Part shown: positions 41,468 to 49,884 of the stretch, piece after piece
Position numbering within the stretch: the first letter of the stretch is position 1
How the letters are laid out: each line of letters starts with the position of its first letter
Origin: an uncultured Candidatus Rokubacteria bacterium
GTDB lineage: Bacteria; Methylomirabilota; Methylomirabilia; Rokubacteriales; DASRDR01
Length of the DNA: 64,000 nt
NCBI GenBank assembly: GCA_963812945.1
Contig: CAWEXD010000008.1
Span: forward strand, 376,586 to 440,585
Reading direction: 5' to 3'
Program-made: the position numbers and the translations under genes
The notes under the pieces: generated by a model
What the model was told of the DNA's origin: nothing
The model's input: the letters and a program-made list of their open reading frames with translations, nothing else
Databases searched by the model: none

Positions 41468-42817
41468 ATGTATACTGGCGCCGTGAGCGGGCCCGGTCGT
41501 CTCGCCGGTCTTCTCGTCGCGCCGCTCGTCGGCCTCGCGTGCCCCTGGGCCGACGCCCAGCAGGTCCTTGACGCGACCCTCGACAACGGGCTGCGCGTCC
41601 TCCTCGAGGAGGATCACCGGAGCCCGGTCGCCAACTTCCAGGTCTGGTACCGGGTGGGCTCGCGGGACGAGCGGGTGGGAGCGACCGGACTGTCCCACTA
41701 CCTCGAGCACATGATGTTCAAGGGGACGCCGACCTACGGGCCGCGGGTCTTCTCGAAGCTCATCGAGGCGGTCGGTGGCCACGACAACGCCTTCACCAGC
41801 CGCGACGTCACCGCGTACCACGTGAGCCTCGCGGCGGACCAGCTCGACCTCGTGCTCGAGGTCGAGGCCGACCGGATGCGGCACCTCCTCCTCGATCCGC
41901 GGGAGGTGGACTCCGAGCGGAAGGTCGTCATGGAGGAGCGCCGGACGCGCACGGAGGACGACCCGGTCGGCGGCCTCGCCGAGCTGTTCAACCTCGTCGC
42001 TTTCGCGGCCCACCCCTACCGTCTGCCGACGGTCGGGCTCGCGCACGACATCGAGCGCCTGACCGCGAGCGATCTCCGGGTCTGGTACGACACGTACTAT
42101 CGGCCGAATAACGCGATCGTCGTGGCCGTCGGCGACTTCCAGGCGGCCGACCTCCTCGAGAGGATCCGGACGCGGTTCGAGGGCATCCCGCGCGGCCCCG
42201 ACCCGCCGAAAGTCGCCGCGACGGAGCCCGAGCAGCGGGGCGAGCGCCGGGTGTGGCTCCGGAGGGAGGCGCAGCTGCCCGTCGTGTTCACGGGCTATCC
42301 GGCGCCGAACCATCGCGCCGAGGATGCCTATGCCCTCGAGGTGCTCTCGGCCATCCTGTCGGGCGGGCGGACCTCACGGCTCTACCGGCGGCTGGTGCAC
42401 GAGGAGCGCATCGCCCTCGAGGCGGGGGGCGACTACTCCCGCCTCACGCTGGATCCCGACACGTTCACGTTCTACGTGACCGTGCTGCCGGATCGCACGG
42501 TTGAGGAGGCGGAGCGCGCCCTGGCCGCCGAGGTGGAGCGGCTGCGCATTGAGCTCGTCTCTGACGAGGAGCTCCAGCGCGCCAAGAACCAGCTCGAAGC
42601 CGCCCATGTGTTTGGCCAGGACTCCGTCTTCAATCGGGCCGCGACGCTGGCGCGCCACGAGCTCCTCGGCGGCTGGCGTCTCCGCGACGGATACCTGCCG
42701 GGCATCCGCGGGGTCACGGCCGAGGACGTGCGCCGGTCGGCCGAGCGTCACCTCGTGGCCGAGCGCCGCACGACGGCGATCCTCGTCCCGGTGCGGCCGG
42801 CCACCCCGTCCCGCTAG
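41468..42817 (+). CDS. M16 (pitrilysin) family zinc peptidase, catalytic subunit
   Basis: Inverted zinc motif HYLEH in GLSHYLEHMMFKGT. Signal peptide. A GGAGG Shine-Dalgarno lies 5 nt upstream of the ATG. Confidence 0.9.
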   Translation: MYTGAVSGPGRLAGLLVAPLVGLACPWADAQQVLDATLDNGLRVLLEEDHRSPVANFQVWYRVGSRDERVGATGLSHYLEHMMFKGTPTYGPRVFSKLIEAVGGHDNAFTSRDVTAYHVSLAADQLDLVLEVEADRMRHLLLDPREVDSERKVVMEERRTRTEDDPVGGLAELFNLVAFAAHPYRLPTVGLAHDIERLTASDLRVWYDTYYRPNNAIVVAVGDFQAADLLERIRTRFEGIPRGPDPPKVAATEPEQRGERRVWLRREAQLPVVFTGYPAPNHRAEDAYALEVLSAILSGGRTSRLYRRLVHEERIALEAGGDYSRLTLDPDTFTFYVTVLPDRTVEEAERALAAEVERLRIELVSDEELQRAKNQLEAAHVFGQDSVFNRAATLARHELLGGWRLRDGYLPGIRGVTAEDVRRSAERHLVAERRTTAILVPVRPATPSR

Positions 42818-42897
42818 GAGCCTGTGCGCTCGGATCGTCCAGGCATTTCACTCTCGGTACTGCGCTTCCGCGCCTCGCTCCAGGGGAGGGCCGCCTC

Positions 42898-43845
42898 GTG
42901 ACCCGAGCAAGCCGACGCCCGCTCAAGGTCGGAGTGGAGCTGCCGATCGCCGTGGACAAGGGACGCCACGGGACGCCGCGCTGGTCCGACATCAGCCGGA
43001 TGGCCCGATACGCCGAGGAGGTCGGTTTCGACTCCGTGTGGATCGAGGACCACCTGCTGTTCCGTCACGAGGGACAGAGGGACCAGGGCGTCTGGGAGGG
43101 GTGGGCCGTCATCGCCGCCATCGCGGCGGTGACCTCCCGCGTGGAGATCGGGCCGCTCGTCTCGTGCATGTCGTTCCGCAACCCCGCGTACCTGGCGAAG
43201 CTGGCCGACACGATCGAGGAGATCTCCGGAGGCCGGCTGATCCTGGGGCTCGGGGCCGGCTGGCACGAGGCCGAGTACCGGGCCTTCGGATTCCCCTTCG
43301 ACCACCGGGTGAGCCGCTTCGAGGAAGGGCTCCAGGTCGTCCACGGGCTGCTCCGCCACGGAAGGGTCGACTTCGCCGGACGCTACCACGAGGCGCGTGA
43401 CTGCGAGCTCCAGCCCCGCGGCCCCCGCTCCGGCGGCCCGCCGATCCTGATCGGATCGACCGGGGCCCGCATGCTCGGGCTCGCGGCCCGCTACGGGGAC
43501 CAGTGGAACGCGTACTTCCCGAAGACCAGGAACCAGCCCTCGGGCGTGGCCCCGCTCCGGGACCTGGTGGACGCCGCCTGCCGCGAGGCTGGCCGTGACC
43601 CGTCGACGCTCGGGCGCACGGTCGCCGTGTTCGTCGACATGGCGCCGGGACGCCGCGCGTCGCCCCCGCTTCCCGCTCACTGGGTCTTCGAGCCTCTGGC
43701 CGGCCCGCCCGAGCGTCTTGCCGAGGAGCTCCGCGCCTACGCGCGGGAGGGCATCGGCCACGTGCAGCTCTGGCTGGAGCCCAACACGCTGGAGAGCCTG
43801 GAGGCCTTCGCCCCCGTCCTGGAGCTCCTGGACCGGGGGCCCTGA
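42898..43845 (+). CDS. LLM-class (luciferase-like) flavin/F420-dependent oxidoreductase
   Basis: 315 aa: GFDSVWIEDHL, GRLILGLGAGW and HEAEYRAFGFPF. GTG start follows GGGGAGGG. Confidence 0.85.
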   Translation: MTRASRRPLKVGVELPIAVDKGRHGTPRWSDISRMARYAEEVGFDSVWIEDHLLFRHEGQRDQGVWEGWAVIAAIAAVTSRVEIGPLVSCMSFRNPAYLAKLADTIEEISGGRLILGLGAGWHEAEYRAFGFPFDHRVSRFEEGLQVVHGLLRHGRVDFAGRYHEARDCELQPRGPRSGGPPILIGSTGARMLGLAARYGDQWNAYFPKTRNQPSGVAPLRDLVDAACREAGRDPSTLGRTVAVFVDMAPGRRASPPLPAHWVFEPLAGPPERLAEELRAYAREGIGHVQLWLEPNTLESLEAFAPVLELLDRGP

Positions 43846-43889
43846 CGCGCGCCGGCGTGGAGGCCCGGTCCGGCGGGGCCCGAGCCCGG

Positions 43890-43895
43890 TATAAT
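43890..43895 (+). promoter_or_regulatory. Perfect TATAAT 6 nt upstream of ATG 43902 (leaderless-type promoter candidate)
   Basis: ggTATAATgccgccATG. No Shine-Dalgarno is present, and this is one of only two TATAAT hexamers I noticed in the window. Confidence 0.45.
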
Positions 43896-43901
43896 GCCGC
43901 C

Positions 43902-45278
43902 ATGCACCCGGCCGCCGTGAGGGGCGTCGCCTTGACCGCTGCCGTCGCGGCGCTCACGGCGACCGCCGATTCCCAGACCCTGCCGCCCGTCGCCGCGGAC
44001 GCGCCAGTGGCGGGGGCTCCCGCCGGGTGGACGCGCTTCACCCTCTCGAACGGGATCGCGGTCCTCGTCGCGGAGCGACCCGGCATCCCGATCGTCATCG
44101 TGCGCGTTGCCGTGGAGGCGGGCGGGGCGCTCGACCCGCCGGACCGAGGCGGTGTCGCCAACCTGACGGCGCTGCTCCTCACCCGCGGAAGCGCGACGCG
44201 GACGGCGCTCGAGGCCGACCGCGCCATCGAGTTCGTGGGCGGGAGTCTCGAGGGCGAGGGCGGCCGGGATGCCAGCGAGCTCACCCTCTCGGTGCTGCGC
44301 AAGGACCTCCCACTGGGACTCGACCTCCTGGCCGATGCCCTGCGGCGACCGGTTTTCCCGGACGACGAGTTCGAGCGCCGGCGCCAGGAGGTCCGGGCGT
44401 CGGTGCAGCGGTCGGAGGAGGATCCGGGAGCCGTCGCGGCCAGGGCCCTCAGGCGACTCGTGTTTCCGGGGCACCCATACAGCCGGCCCGTCGCGGGGAC
44501 CGAGGCGTCGCTGGCCGACATCACGCGAGGGGACGTCGTGGCCTTCCACCAGGCCGCCTACCGGCCCGAGCGCACGATCGTCGCGGTGGCCGGCGACGTC
44601 ACCGCGGGGAGGGTGCGGACGGAGCTCGCCGCGCGGCTGGGTGACTGGTCCGCCGCGGGAGCGGCCCCGACCGTTGCGAGGCCGCCGACGCTTGGACTGC
44701 CGTCGCGCACCGAGACGATCCAGCGGGGCCTGACACAGGCCACGATCATGCTGGGCCAGGCGACGGTCACCCGCGGGCATCCGGACTTCTATCCGTTGCT
44801 GGTCGCGAGCCAGGTGCTGGGCGGCGGCTCGTCCTCGCGCCTCTACACGCGCGTCCGCGAGGAGCGGGGCCTGGCCTACAGCGTCTACGCGCAGTTCGCG
44901 TCGGCCCGTCTGGGCGGCCTCTTCCTGGTCGAGCTGCAGAGCGAGAACGCGCGGGTCCGTGAGGCCCTGGCGGTGGTGCGGGACGAGCTGGTCCGCCTTC
45001 GCCGGGAGCGCGTGCCGGAGGAGGAGCTGGCCCGAGCGCGCGCATTTCTCGTCGGCAGCTTTCCCCTGGGGATGGACACCGCCGCGGACGTGTCGGGCCT
45101 TCTGATCGCGATCGAGCGGTTCGGGCTCGGGCTCGACTATCCGGCCAGGTTCCGCCGCGCGGTCTCCGCGGTGAGCGCGGACGACGTGCTCCGGGCGGTG
45201 CGGGCCCACTGGGATCCGGACAGCATGAGCCTCGCGCTGGTCGGCAATCTCCGCGAGGCGGGGCTCGGGACGCCCTGA
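43902..45278 (+). CDS. M16 family peptidase-like protein, non-catalytic subunit
   Basis: M16 fold (FTLSNGIAVLV...), but the HxxEH position reads GVANLTALLLTRG. Signal peptide MHPAAVRGVALTAAVAALTATA. Confidence 0.85.
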   Translation: MHPAAVRGVALTAAVAALTATADSQTLPPVAADAPVAGAPAGWTRFTLSNGIAVLVAERPGIPIVIVRVAVEAGGALDPPDRGGVANLTALLLTRGSATRTALEADRAIEFVGGSLEGEGGRDASELTLSVLRKDLPLGLDLLADALRRPVFPDDEFERRRQEVRASVQRSEEDPGAVAARALRRLVFPGHPYSRPVAGTEASLADITRGDVVAFHQAAYRPERTIVAVAGDVTAGRVRTELAARLGDWSAAGAAPTVARPPTLGLPSRTETIQRGLTQATIMLGQATVTRGHPDFYPLLVASQVLGGGSSSRLYTRVREERGLAYSVYAQFASARLGGLFLVELQSENARVREALAVVRDELVRLRRERVPEEELARARAFLVGSFPLGMDTAADVSGLLIAIERFGLGLDYPARFRRAVSAVSADDVLRAVRAHWDPDSMSLALVGNLREAGLGTP

Positions 45279-45369
45279 GGAAGGACGAGTGGGGGATCAT
45301 CGCGGCCGCCGTGCGGATGATCGGGATCTCCGGAGGCGTGCTCCTCTTCTTCAAGAGGAGCGGCTGGCT

Positions 45370-46029
45370 ATGACCGCCGCGCCGGTCGGCTCGGGACGCC
45401 GCGGTGCCGCGAGGCCTGGCCGCCCGCACGGAATCGAATGGCAGGGTGGGGCATTTGGCCTGGCGCTGATCCTGGGCGTCGTGGTTCTCGGCGGCGCGCC
45501 CAGGCCTGCCAGCGCGCTCGTCGGGGACCTGACGCCGGCGGGCGAGGCCGAGGCGGTCGACGTGGGCATCGCGGCGATCACTCAGGAGGACTTCGCCGAG
45601 GAGTGGCAGCTCCGGCTGCCGGGCGGCGAGGAGGTCGCCGTCAGCACGCCCTTCTCCCGGCTCGCCCTCGCGGCCCGTCAGGCCGCGATGAAGGGCGAGC
45701 CGCTCACGGAGAAGCAGCGGAAGGAGCAGCTCGACCGCGGCCGGGGCCGGATCCAGCTCGTCGTCACGATGTACGGCCGCGCCCGAGACTTCGCGCGGTG
45801 GTATCAGCCGGCCCTGGTGGTGGGCGGGCGCGAGGTCAAGGCGACGTTCGTCCAGAACGAGCGGACGCCACTGCGCCTCGAGGACGGCCGCTATGCCGCG
45901 CGCAACGTGTACGTCTTCCCGCTGGAGGAGATCTCGGGGGGAGCGCCCGTGACCCTGGTGGTCCGCGGCGCGCCCCCGGATCACAAGGAGGTCCTGCGGT
46001 CCGCGCTGGACATCGGCAAGTTCCGCTGA
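45370..46029 (+). CDS. Hypothetical secreted/membrane-anchored protein
   Basis: ATG 45370 follows AGGAG. One hydrophobic N-terminal helix (AFGLALILGVVVLGG). No family recognised. Confidence 0.55.
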   Translation: MTAAPVGSGRRGAARPGRPHGIEWQGGAFGLALILGVVVLGGAPRPASALVGDLTPAGEAEAVDVGIAAITQEDFAEEWQLRLPGGEEVAVSTPFSRLALAARQAAMKGEPLTEKQRKEQLDRGRGRIQLVVTMYGRARDFARWYQPALVVGGREVKATFVQNERTPLRLEDGRYAARNVYVFPLEEISGGAPVTLVVRGAPPDHKEVLRSALDIGKFR

Positions 46030-46091
46030 TACCAGGCCCGCCGACGCCCGCCACGTCCGGCCACATGTCACAGGAGAGGAGACCGATCTCG

Positions 46092-46592
46092 ATGGTGACC
46101 AAGGAGCGCTTCACGCAGGGGATGACGTTCCAGCAGTACCTCGATCAGATGACGACCAACAAGGACAAGTTCCTGGAGACGCTGAGCGCGGTGCACGTCG
46201 CTCCCGAGGACCGGACCGCTCTCACCGGCCGTCGCGGAAAGCTCAATGTTCTCGTGCTCACCGAGGACTGGTGCGGTGACGCGCTGACGAACTTCCCGGT
46301 GCTGGCGCGGCTGGTGGACGGCGCGCCGAACGTCGAGATGCGGGTCTTCCTCCGGGACCAGAACCCGGACGTCATGGATCAGTACCTCAATCGGGGGATG
46401 TTCCGGTCGATCCCCGTCTTCGTCTTCTTCGACGACCACATGAACGAGCTCGCGCGCTTCATCGAGCGCCCGCCGAAGATCACGGAATACATGGAGCAGA
46501 AGCAGCTCGAGCTGCGCCGCCAGCTTCGCGCCCAGCACGGCGCCGAGTGGCAGCGCGCGGCCGCCGAGGAGATCCGCGCCCTCCTCGGATGA
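46092..46592 (+). CDS. Thioredoxin-fold protein (single Cys in WCGD context)
   Basis: ATG 46092 follows AGGAGAGGAG. LNVLVLTEDWCGDALTNFPVLARL...IPVFVFFD. The upstream ATG 46065 lacks a Shine-Dalgarno. Confidence 0.7.
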   Translation: MVTKERFTQGMTFQQYLDQMTTNKDKFLETLSAVHVAPEDRTALTGRRGKLNVLVLTEDWCGDALTNFPVLARLVDGAPNVEMRVFLRDQNPDVMDQYLNRGMFRSIPVFVFFDDHMNELARFIERPPKITEYMEQKQLELRRQLRAQHGAEWQRAAAEEIRALLG

Positions 46593-48064
46593 ACGTCGCC
46601 CGCTTCCTCGAGACGAGCGCTCGTCGCTGGCCGGAGGCGCCGGCCCTGATCGCCGGGGACCGGCGCTGGGGCTAGGCCGACCTCGATCGTGAAGCGGGGC
46701 AGGTGGCGGCCGGCCTCGCCCGGCTCGGTCTCCGGGCGGGCGAGCGCGTCTGCCTCCACCTCGGAAACCGCCCCGAGTTCGTGCTGGCCTACTACGGCTG
46801 CCAGAAGCTCGGCGCCACCCCCGTCGCGCTCAACGTCACGTACGCGCGCGACGAGCTCGCCTACATCGTTCGGGACAGCGAGGCGGCGGCGATCCTGAGC
46901 GGGCCGCCGTTTGCCGCTCAGCTTCCCGCCTCCGCGGAGACGCCTTCGGTCCGGGCCCGCGTGGGGACCCGCGAGCCGGGCACGGTGCCCTTCGAGGCGC
47001 TGGTGACCGATGCGCCGCTCCAGTCTCGCGACCGCGAGCGCGAGGACGTGGCCGCCATCCTCTACACCTCGGCCACCACCGGCCGGCCCAAGGGCGTCAT
47101 GCTCACTCACGCCAACGTGGTGTCGAACGCGTACGCGACGGCCCACCACCTCCGCATGACTCCTGCCGACCGTGGCCTCTGCGCGCTCCCGCTGTTTCAC
47201 TGCTTCGGCCAGAACTTCATCATGAACGCCCTCGTGGCGGCCGGAGGAACGCTGGTCCTGCAGGAACGATTCGTGCCGGCCGAGTTCCTGGCGGCGATCG
47301 CCCGGCACCAGGTCAGCATCCTGTACGCGGTGCCGACGATGTACATCGTGCTCCTGTCGGCCGGTCTGGCGACCCATGACCTCTCGTCGATTCGGCTCGC
47401 GTTCTCGGCGGCGGCCATGCTTCCCGCTGACGTCGAGCAGCGCTGGACCGCGGCGACCGGGCTCCCGATCTCCCAGGGGTACGGGCTGACGGAGTGCTCG
47501 CCCTTCGCCACCTACAACCACGAGCACGACCACCGTCCCGGCTCGGTCGGGACGCCCATCGAGAACGTCGAGGTCCGAGTGGTCGACGAGCACGACCAGG
47601 AGCTGCCCGACGGCACGCTCGGCGAGATCGTGATCCGCGGCCCCAACGTCATGCGGGGCTACCTCGGGAAGCCCGAGGAGACCGCGGAGATCCTTCGCGG
47701 CGGCTGGCTCCATTCGGGGGACATCGGGTACCGGGATGGCGACGGCTACTTCCACGTCGTCGACCGGGTGAAAGACATGATCAACGTCGCGGGGTTCAAG
47801 GTGTTCCCGCGCGAGATCGAGGAGATCCTGTTCGAGCATCCGGCGGTGGCCGAGGTGGCGGTGCTCGGCCGCCCAGACCCGGTCAAGGGCGAGGTCGTCC
47901 GCGCCTGCGTGGTTCTCCGGCCCGGCGAGTCGGCGACGACCGACGAGCTGCTCGAGCGATGCCGGGGTCGGGTGGCGTCCTACAAGGTTCCGGTCGTCGT
48001 GGGGTTCCTCTCGACCCTGCCCAAGAGCCCGACGGGGAAGATTCTCAAGAAGAACCTTCGCTGA
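46589..48064 (+). pseudogene. AMP-dependent acyl-CoA synthetase interrupted by in-frame TAG at codon 29 (or N-terminally shortened from GTG 46703)
   Basis: ATG 46589 overlaps the upstream stop (ATGA). Translation reads MNVARFLETSARRWPEAPALIAGDRRWG-TAG(46673-46675)-ADLDREAGQVAAGLARLGL..., continuous with the 453-aa track ORF. Downstream motifs: YTSATTGRPKGV, GYGLTE, DGYFHVVDRVKD and PKSPTGKILK. Confidence 0.6.
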
Positions 48065-48155
48065 CGCCGGATCCGGGCGCGGCGCCGGCGGCGGCAGCCT
48101 TCCGGAGGACGTGGTATCTATATGGGGGGCGCCAGGGCGGCGCCGGGAGGACACC

Positions 48156-49130
48156 ATGCGGCAGTGGCTCGTGGCGGTGGGTGTGATCGGGCTCCTGACG
48201 GGCACCATCGTGCTGGCGCCGCTCGTCGAGGCGCGGGTCGGCGGAGGTGGATCGAGCGGGAGCCGTGGCTCACGCTCCTACTCCGCGCCCCGGGCTCCGC
48301 TCACCCCCTCCACGCCGGCCTCTCCGCAGCGGCCGGCGGCGCCGACCGCCCCCGGCTCGCTCGCCCAGGCTCCGCGCCCCGGCCTCTTCGGGGGATTCGG
48401 CGGGATGCTGGGCGGCTTCCTCCTGGGCGGGATGCTGGGTTCCTTGCTCTTCGGCGGGCTCGGCGGCGGCTTCGGCGGAGGCTTCGGGTTGATGGACCTC
48501 CTCGTGATGGGCGGGCTCGCCGCGCTCGTGATCTCGTTCCTCCGGCGCCGGGCACCCGAACCGGCTGCAGCCTCGGCGTACGGCGGCACGGTGCTGGCTC
48601 CCGCCGAGGCGAGGCCGGCTGGCGGCCCAGACGTTGCCCGGAGGGCGGCGCCGAGTGCTCCGTCGGCGCCGGACGAGGATCTGGCCCGGGGGGTCGAGCA
48701 CATCCGCGCCATGGACCCCGAGTTCGACCCGTCCCGGCTCCTGAGCGTCGCGGGGGACCTGTTCGTCCGCCTCCAGGTCGGCTGGTCCGCGGGCGATCTC
48801 GCGGCCGTGCGCGCGCACCTCACCGACGAGATGGCCGTTGCCCTCGAGGGGGACCTGGCGCGCCTGCGTGAGCGTGGCCGCCGGAATCGCGTCGAGCAGG
48901 CCACCGTGGAGTCCATCGCCCTCACCGAAGCGTGGCAGGAGTACGGACGAGACCTCGTCACGCTGGAGATCCGGGCCGCCGCCATCGACTACGTGGTCGA
49001 CGAGGCCACCGGGCGGGTGGTGGAGGGGAGCCCCACCGTACCGACGCGCTTTGCGGAGTACTGGACCCTGGTCCGGTCGGTGGGTCCGAACCCCTGGAGA
49101 CTCGGGGCGATCCAGCAACCCTCCGCCTGA
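48156..49130 (+). CDS. Tim44-like domain protein with Gly-rich membrane segment
   Basis: ATG 48156 follows GGGAGGA. Signal/TM, then GLFGGFGGMLGGFLLGGMLGSLLFGGLGGGFGGGFG. The C-terminal domain (FDPSRLL...FVRLQVGWSAGDL...WTLVR) resembles the Tim44 C-terminal fold. Confidence 0.7.
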   Translation: MRQWLVAVGVIGLLTGTIVLAPLVEARVGGGGSSGSRGSRSYSAPRAPLTPSTPASPQRPAAPTAPGSLAQAPRPGLFGGFGGMLGGFLLGGMLGSLLFGGLGGGFGGGFGLMDLLVMGGLAALVISFLRRRAPEPAAASAYGGTVLAPAEARPAGGPDVARRAAPSAPSAPDEDLARGVEHIRAMDPEFDPSRLLSVAGDLFVRLQVGWSAGDLAAVRAHLTDEMAVALEGDLARLRERGRRNRVEQATVESIALTEAWQEYGRDLVTLEIRAAAIDYVVDEATGRVVEGSPTVPTRFAEYWTLVRSVGPNPWRLGAIQQPSA

Positions 49131-49184
49131 CGACGGACGCGGGGGAGTCCCCGCTGCCGACGTCTCCGGGTCGTGTTACGCTTT

Positions 49185-49190
49185 TATACA
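49185..49190 (+). promoter_or_regulatory. -10-like TATACA 7 nt upstream of ATG 49198
   Basis: ttTATACAggcggccATG, with no Shine-Dalgarno. Confidence 0.35.
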
Positions 49191-49197
49191 GGCGGCC

Positions 49198-49767
49198 ATG
49201 GCGCGGGTCGGTGTCCTGCTCGTGGATCCGGACCAGACGCTGGTGGGGGGTGTCCGCCAGGCCCTCGAGGGACACCCCTACGAATTGCGGCTGTCCGGCT
49301 CCACGGCCCACGCGCTGGAGGTCCTCGGGACCGGCGACGCCGAGGCCGTCCTGGTGAGCCTCGGCACGGGGGACCGCGAGAGGGCGGCCTTCATCACCGA
49401 CCTCGCGGGCCGCTGGCCAGACGTGCCGGTCGTGGCCGTGACCGAGCCCGGCGGACGGGCCCAGGGGTTCCAGGCGCTCGGCGCCGGTGCCTGGGACTAC
49501 CTCGAGCCGCCGGGCGATCTCCAGCCCGAGCGACTCCTCACGGTGCTCGCGGGCGCCCTCGAGCGCCGCCGTCTCCGGCGCGAGCTTCGCGGGCGCGGGG
49601 TGGCGGACACCCTGAATCTCGAGGCGCGTGAGCGCCAGGCGATCCTCGCCGCGCTCGAGTCGACGCGCTGGAACAAGCAGGCCGCCGCGCGCCTCCTGGG
49701 GCTTCACCGGCCGACCCTGTACGCGAAGATGCGGAAGCACGGGATCCCGCAAGCGCGCCCGCAGTGA
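49198..49767 (+). CDS. Degenerate receiver domain fused to Fis-type HTH (no AAA+ module)
   Basis: VLLVDPD...AVLVSLGTGD (Ser where the phospho-Asp is expected)...WDYLEPP (no conserved Lys). C-terminus: ERQAILAALESTRWNKQAAARLLGLHRPTLYAKMRKHGI. Confidence 0.75.
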   Translation: MARVGVLLVDPDQTLVGGVRQALEGHPYELRLSGSTAHALEVLGTGDAEAVLVSLGTGDRERAAFITDLAGRWPDVPVVAVTEPGGRAQGFQALGAGAWDYLEPPGDLQPERLLTVLAGALERRRLRRELRGRGVADTLNLEARERQAILAALESTRWNKQAAARLLGLHRPTLYAKMRKHGIPQARPQ

Positions 49768-49884
49768 CCGAGGCCCCGCCTTGCGGGGGCCCGGAGCGTG
49801 TGCCACAATGAGCCGGAACGAGCGGCCCCCGATGCGGGGCCGTACGTATTTCGCCCAATCCGTACGCGCCAACGGGGGCGGCCC

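Noticed and set aside
41471-41476. TATACT hexamer 6 nt before GTG 41483 as another leaderless promoter
   Set aside because: It lies inside the ORF that starts at ATG 41468, which has a good GGAGG Shine-Dalgarno 5 nt upstream. The hexamer is most simply the Tyr-Thr codons.
38936-42313. 1,125-aa minus-strand ORF spanning the HtrA, MFS and M16 region
   Set aside because: It is extremely Arg/Gly/Pro-rich and overlaps three well-supported genes in other frames and strands. It is a GC artefact.
46673-46675. TAG as a recoded sense codon (pyrrolysine or suppression)
   Set aside because: TAG terminates several other well-supported genes in the window. No pyl genes or suppressor tRNA were seen. A point mutation or sequencing error is more parsimonious.
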